From a virus (taxonomy: Duplodnaviria > Caudoviricetes): DNA of 27,859 nucleotides. Positions within the stretch are counted from its first letter, which is position 1. The number at the start of each line of letters is the position of its first letter. The stretch spans positions 1 through 27,859 of IMG/VR virus record IMGVR_UViG_3300020181_000320; one strand, 5' to 3'. A model generated the notes under the pieces. It saw only the letters and a list, made by a program, of their open reading frames with translations. It had not been told where the DNA came from and searched no databases. The translations under genes were made by a program, and so were the position numbers. Below are positions 25,907 through 27,859 of the stretch, in pieces.

Positions 25907-26652
25907 TGCAGGTCAACCAGCCTTCCAACATCATCGACCGCGTCATCGCCCTGGAACGCGAACTAGCCGCCGTCCGCAAAAAAGTCGGCTTGTCCTCCGC
26001 AATCATCACCCGCGGCGGCTTGACTCTCGCCGACGACAGCTACATCAAGATGACCGACTCCGACGGCGTCGAAATCCTCTATGTCGGCCCGGATTCCGAA
26101 GGCAAGCAACGGTTTGTGCTCCGTCGGGAAGGCGGCGCAACCCTCATGTACACCGCGGGCGCGTCGCAGTACGGCCGCGACTACTGGGCGATGACCGACT
26201 CCTCGGGCCGCATCATCGTCTCCGACAGCGCCGAAACCGGCGTCGGCCTCGCCCGGCCGTGGCTGCCCGTTCCGCTCTACGCGCAGTTCATCCCACACAC
26301 CTTTTCATCCGACCCCGACATCGGCGAAACCGGCTACTGGAGCATTTCCACCCAACGACTCACCGGCGAAACCACCTTGTGGGAAGGCCGCGCGTCGGTC
26401 TCGCACGCGTGGATGAGCATCGAGGGCGTCTGGGGCTGGGCCGTGGACCAACCGAACGTCACCTACCGACTCAAGCTCGACGGAACCGAAGTCGGCGCGT
26501 GGAACGTCAACGCCGGCGCCGTCATCGCCCGGCAAGGCCGCTACAGCGTCGCCGAGTTCGTCGGCCGCGATTGGGTCAAGGTCGAGGTGACCGCCTCGGC
26601 GACCGGTTCCGGCGTCGTGGCCTGTCAAGTCCTCGGCTGCTACTTCCTCTAA
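25906..26652 (+). CDS. Minor tail protein
   Basis: N-terminal coiled coil (IIDRVIALERELAAVR) then beta-rich region; TAATG overlap. Confidence 0.7.
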   Translation: MQVNQPSNIIDRVIALERELAAVRKKVGLSSAIITRGGLTLADDSYIKMTDSDGVEILYVGPDSEGKQRFVLRREGGATLMYTAGASQYGRDYWAMTDSSGRIIVSDSAETGVGLARPWLPVPLYAQFIPHTFSSDPDIGETGYWSISTQRLTGETTLWEGRASVSHAWMSIEGVWGWAVDQPNVTYRLKLDGTEVGAWNVNAGAVIARQGRYSVAEFVGRDWVKVEVTASATGSGVVACQVLGCYFL

Positions 26653-26722
26653 CCCCGCCCGCTCGTCTGCCGCGACACGCGGCCATCTCGTCATGCCCTA
26701 ACACAGCAAGGAAACCGCCCCC

Positions 26723-27109
26723 GTGAACCTCGCCGACCTGACGGCGCTCGACATCGCCGGGACGGCGGGTGTCGCCGTGGCCGCCTATCTGATCATCCGT
26801 CGCGTGTGGACAGCAGTCCGCAACGCCGCGCGCGGCCTACGTCGACTCGGCCACTTCGCCGACGACTGGTTCGGCGAACCCGAGCGCAACGGCGCACCGG
26901 CCCGCCCTGGCGTGATCGAACGCATTGCCGCCATCGAAACCGACGGCGCAGCCACCCGCGACGACGTGCGCGGCCTGGTCGAGCGCGTCGAGCGCGTCGA
27001 GCACGAACTGCGACCCAACTCCGGCGCGAGCCTGCGCGACGCAATCGACCGCGTCGAGAACGCCGTCGCCGAGCCTGCCGAGCCGCCCATCAACCGCAAG
27101 AACCGTTGA
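26723..27109 (+). CDS. Lysis-cassette membrane protein (holin-like)
   Basis: One N-terminal TM segment, DWFGEP.R.G...PGV.ER, ELRPNSGASLRDAIDR; directly upstream of the lysin. Confidence 0.62.
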   Translation: MNLADLTALDIAGTAGVAVAAYLIIRRVWTAVRNAARGLRRLGHFADDWFGEPERNGAPARPGVIERIAAIETDGAATRDDVRGLVERVERVEHELRPNSGASLRDAIDRVENAVAEPAEPPINRKNR

Positions 27110-27133
27110 TACATAACCCTTCGAGAGGTACTC

Positions 27134-27859
27134 ATGCTCTACGGAATCGACATCAGCCACCACCAGGGCGGCGGGTTCGACCTGCGCCGCACCCGCGCCG
27201 AGGGATTCGACTTCGCGTTTCTCAAGGCCACCGACGGCGCCGGATGGGTCGACCCGCAGTTCGGCCGCAACCTCGGCGAGGCCCGCGGCGCCGGCCTGCT
27301 CGTCGCCGCCTACCACTACCAGCGCGGCAACGCCTCGGCCGCGGCACAGGTCGACACCATCACCCGCACCGTCCCGCGCGACGTGCCCGTGATCCCGGAC
27401 GTCGAGAAGGACGGCGGAAACCTCGCGCTCACCCGCGACATCGTCGGCCGCCTGCGCGGCGCCGGCTACACCGTCCCGCTCGCCTACGTCCCGCGCTGGT
27501 ACTGGCGAGACACCCTCGGCTCGCCGTCCCTCGTCGGCCTGCCGCCGCTGTGGTCGAGCCGGTACCCGGACATGAACGGCGGCTACGCCTCCCAGATTTA
27601 CCAGCGCGTGCCCGCGAACTACTGGGACGGCTACGGCGGCGTCGGCGTCGAGGTCTTGCAGTTCACCAGCTCGGCCACCGTCGCCGGACACACCCCGGTC
27701 GACAGCAACGCCTACCGCGGCACCCGCGAGCAGCTCGCCGCGCTGCTGGGCACCAACCCCGCCGGCACCCCGGCGCCCCCGGCCCCGCCCGCGCCCCCGG
27801 CGCCGCCAGCCGCCGGCACGTACACCGTGAAGCCGGGCGACACCCTCTCGGGCCTCGCC
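27134..27859 (+). CDS. Endolysin: GH25 muramidase + Pro/Ala linker + LysM (3' truncated)
   Basis: YGIDISHHQG, FLKATDG, AYHY, PDVE, LQFTS, then TYTVKPGDTLSGLA at the window edge; absent from the supplied ORF track because it has no stop. Confidence 0.92.
   Translation, partial: MLYGIDISHHQGGGFDLRRTRAEGFDFAFLKATDGAGWVDPQFGRNLGEARGAGLLVAAYHYQRGNASAAAQVDTITRTVPRDVPVIPDVEKDGGNLALTRDIVGRLRGAGYTVPLAYVPRWYWRDTLGSPSLVGLPPLWSSRYPDMNGGYASQIYQRVPANYWDGYGGVGVEVLQFTSSATVAGHTPVDSNAYRGTREQLAALLGTNPAGTPAPPAPPAPPAPPAAGTYTVKPGDTLSGLA

Larger units (their letters stand above)
1..27859. mobile_element. Temperate siphovirus-like phage/prophage segment (immunity to lysis modules), probably actinobacterial
   Basis: Canonical gene order: repressor/cro, recombination, replication, terS/terL, portal, capsid, tail, tape measure, lysin. 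Dense ATGA/GTGA overlaps and a WhiB gene. Both ends lie outside the window. Confidence 0.97.

Noticed and set aside
27755-27815. CCCCGGC-type short repeats near the right edge
   Set aside because: They encode the Pro/Ala linker between the GH25 and LysM domains.

Overview
The whole window is one GC-rich, siphovirus-type temperate phage or prophage segment. An actinobacterial host is inferred from the WhiB gene, the GC content and the style of the structural genes. From left to right it holds: an immunity switch (ImmA/IrrE-like HExxH protease, XRE repressor, divergent Cro-like gene, three 16-bp operators); early genes (YqaJ exonuclease, RecT, small Zn/Cys proteins, replication initiator with a likely internal origin, G39P-like protein, WhiB fusion, Zn-ribbon/HTH regulator); packaging and head genes (terS, PBSX-type terL, SPP1-like portal, long MuF-like minor capsid protein, scaffold, major capsid); neck and tail genes (connectors, tail tube, chaperone with a probable -1 frameshift, tape measure, Dit, three minor tail proteins); and lysis genes (membrane protein, GH25-LysM endolysin truncated at the right edge). 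No integrase, att site, tRNA or CRISPR array was seen. The most interesting parts are accessory modules inside the packaging/head operon: (i) a PAPS-reductase-like Cys-rich enzyme between terS and terL; (ii) an antisense orphan gene between terL and portal; (iii) a MuF C-terminal extension followed by an Rmf/CrpP-like small protein; and (iv) a self-contained antisense two-gene cassette with a TTGACA-17-TAACCT promoter covered by two 27-bp palindromes, encoding a small acidic peptide with a clamp-motif-like sequence and an AlpA-like HTH protein. Family assignments come from motif recognition by eye; no database searches were run.
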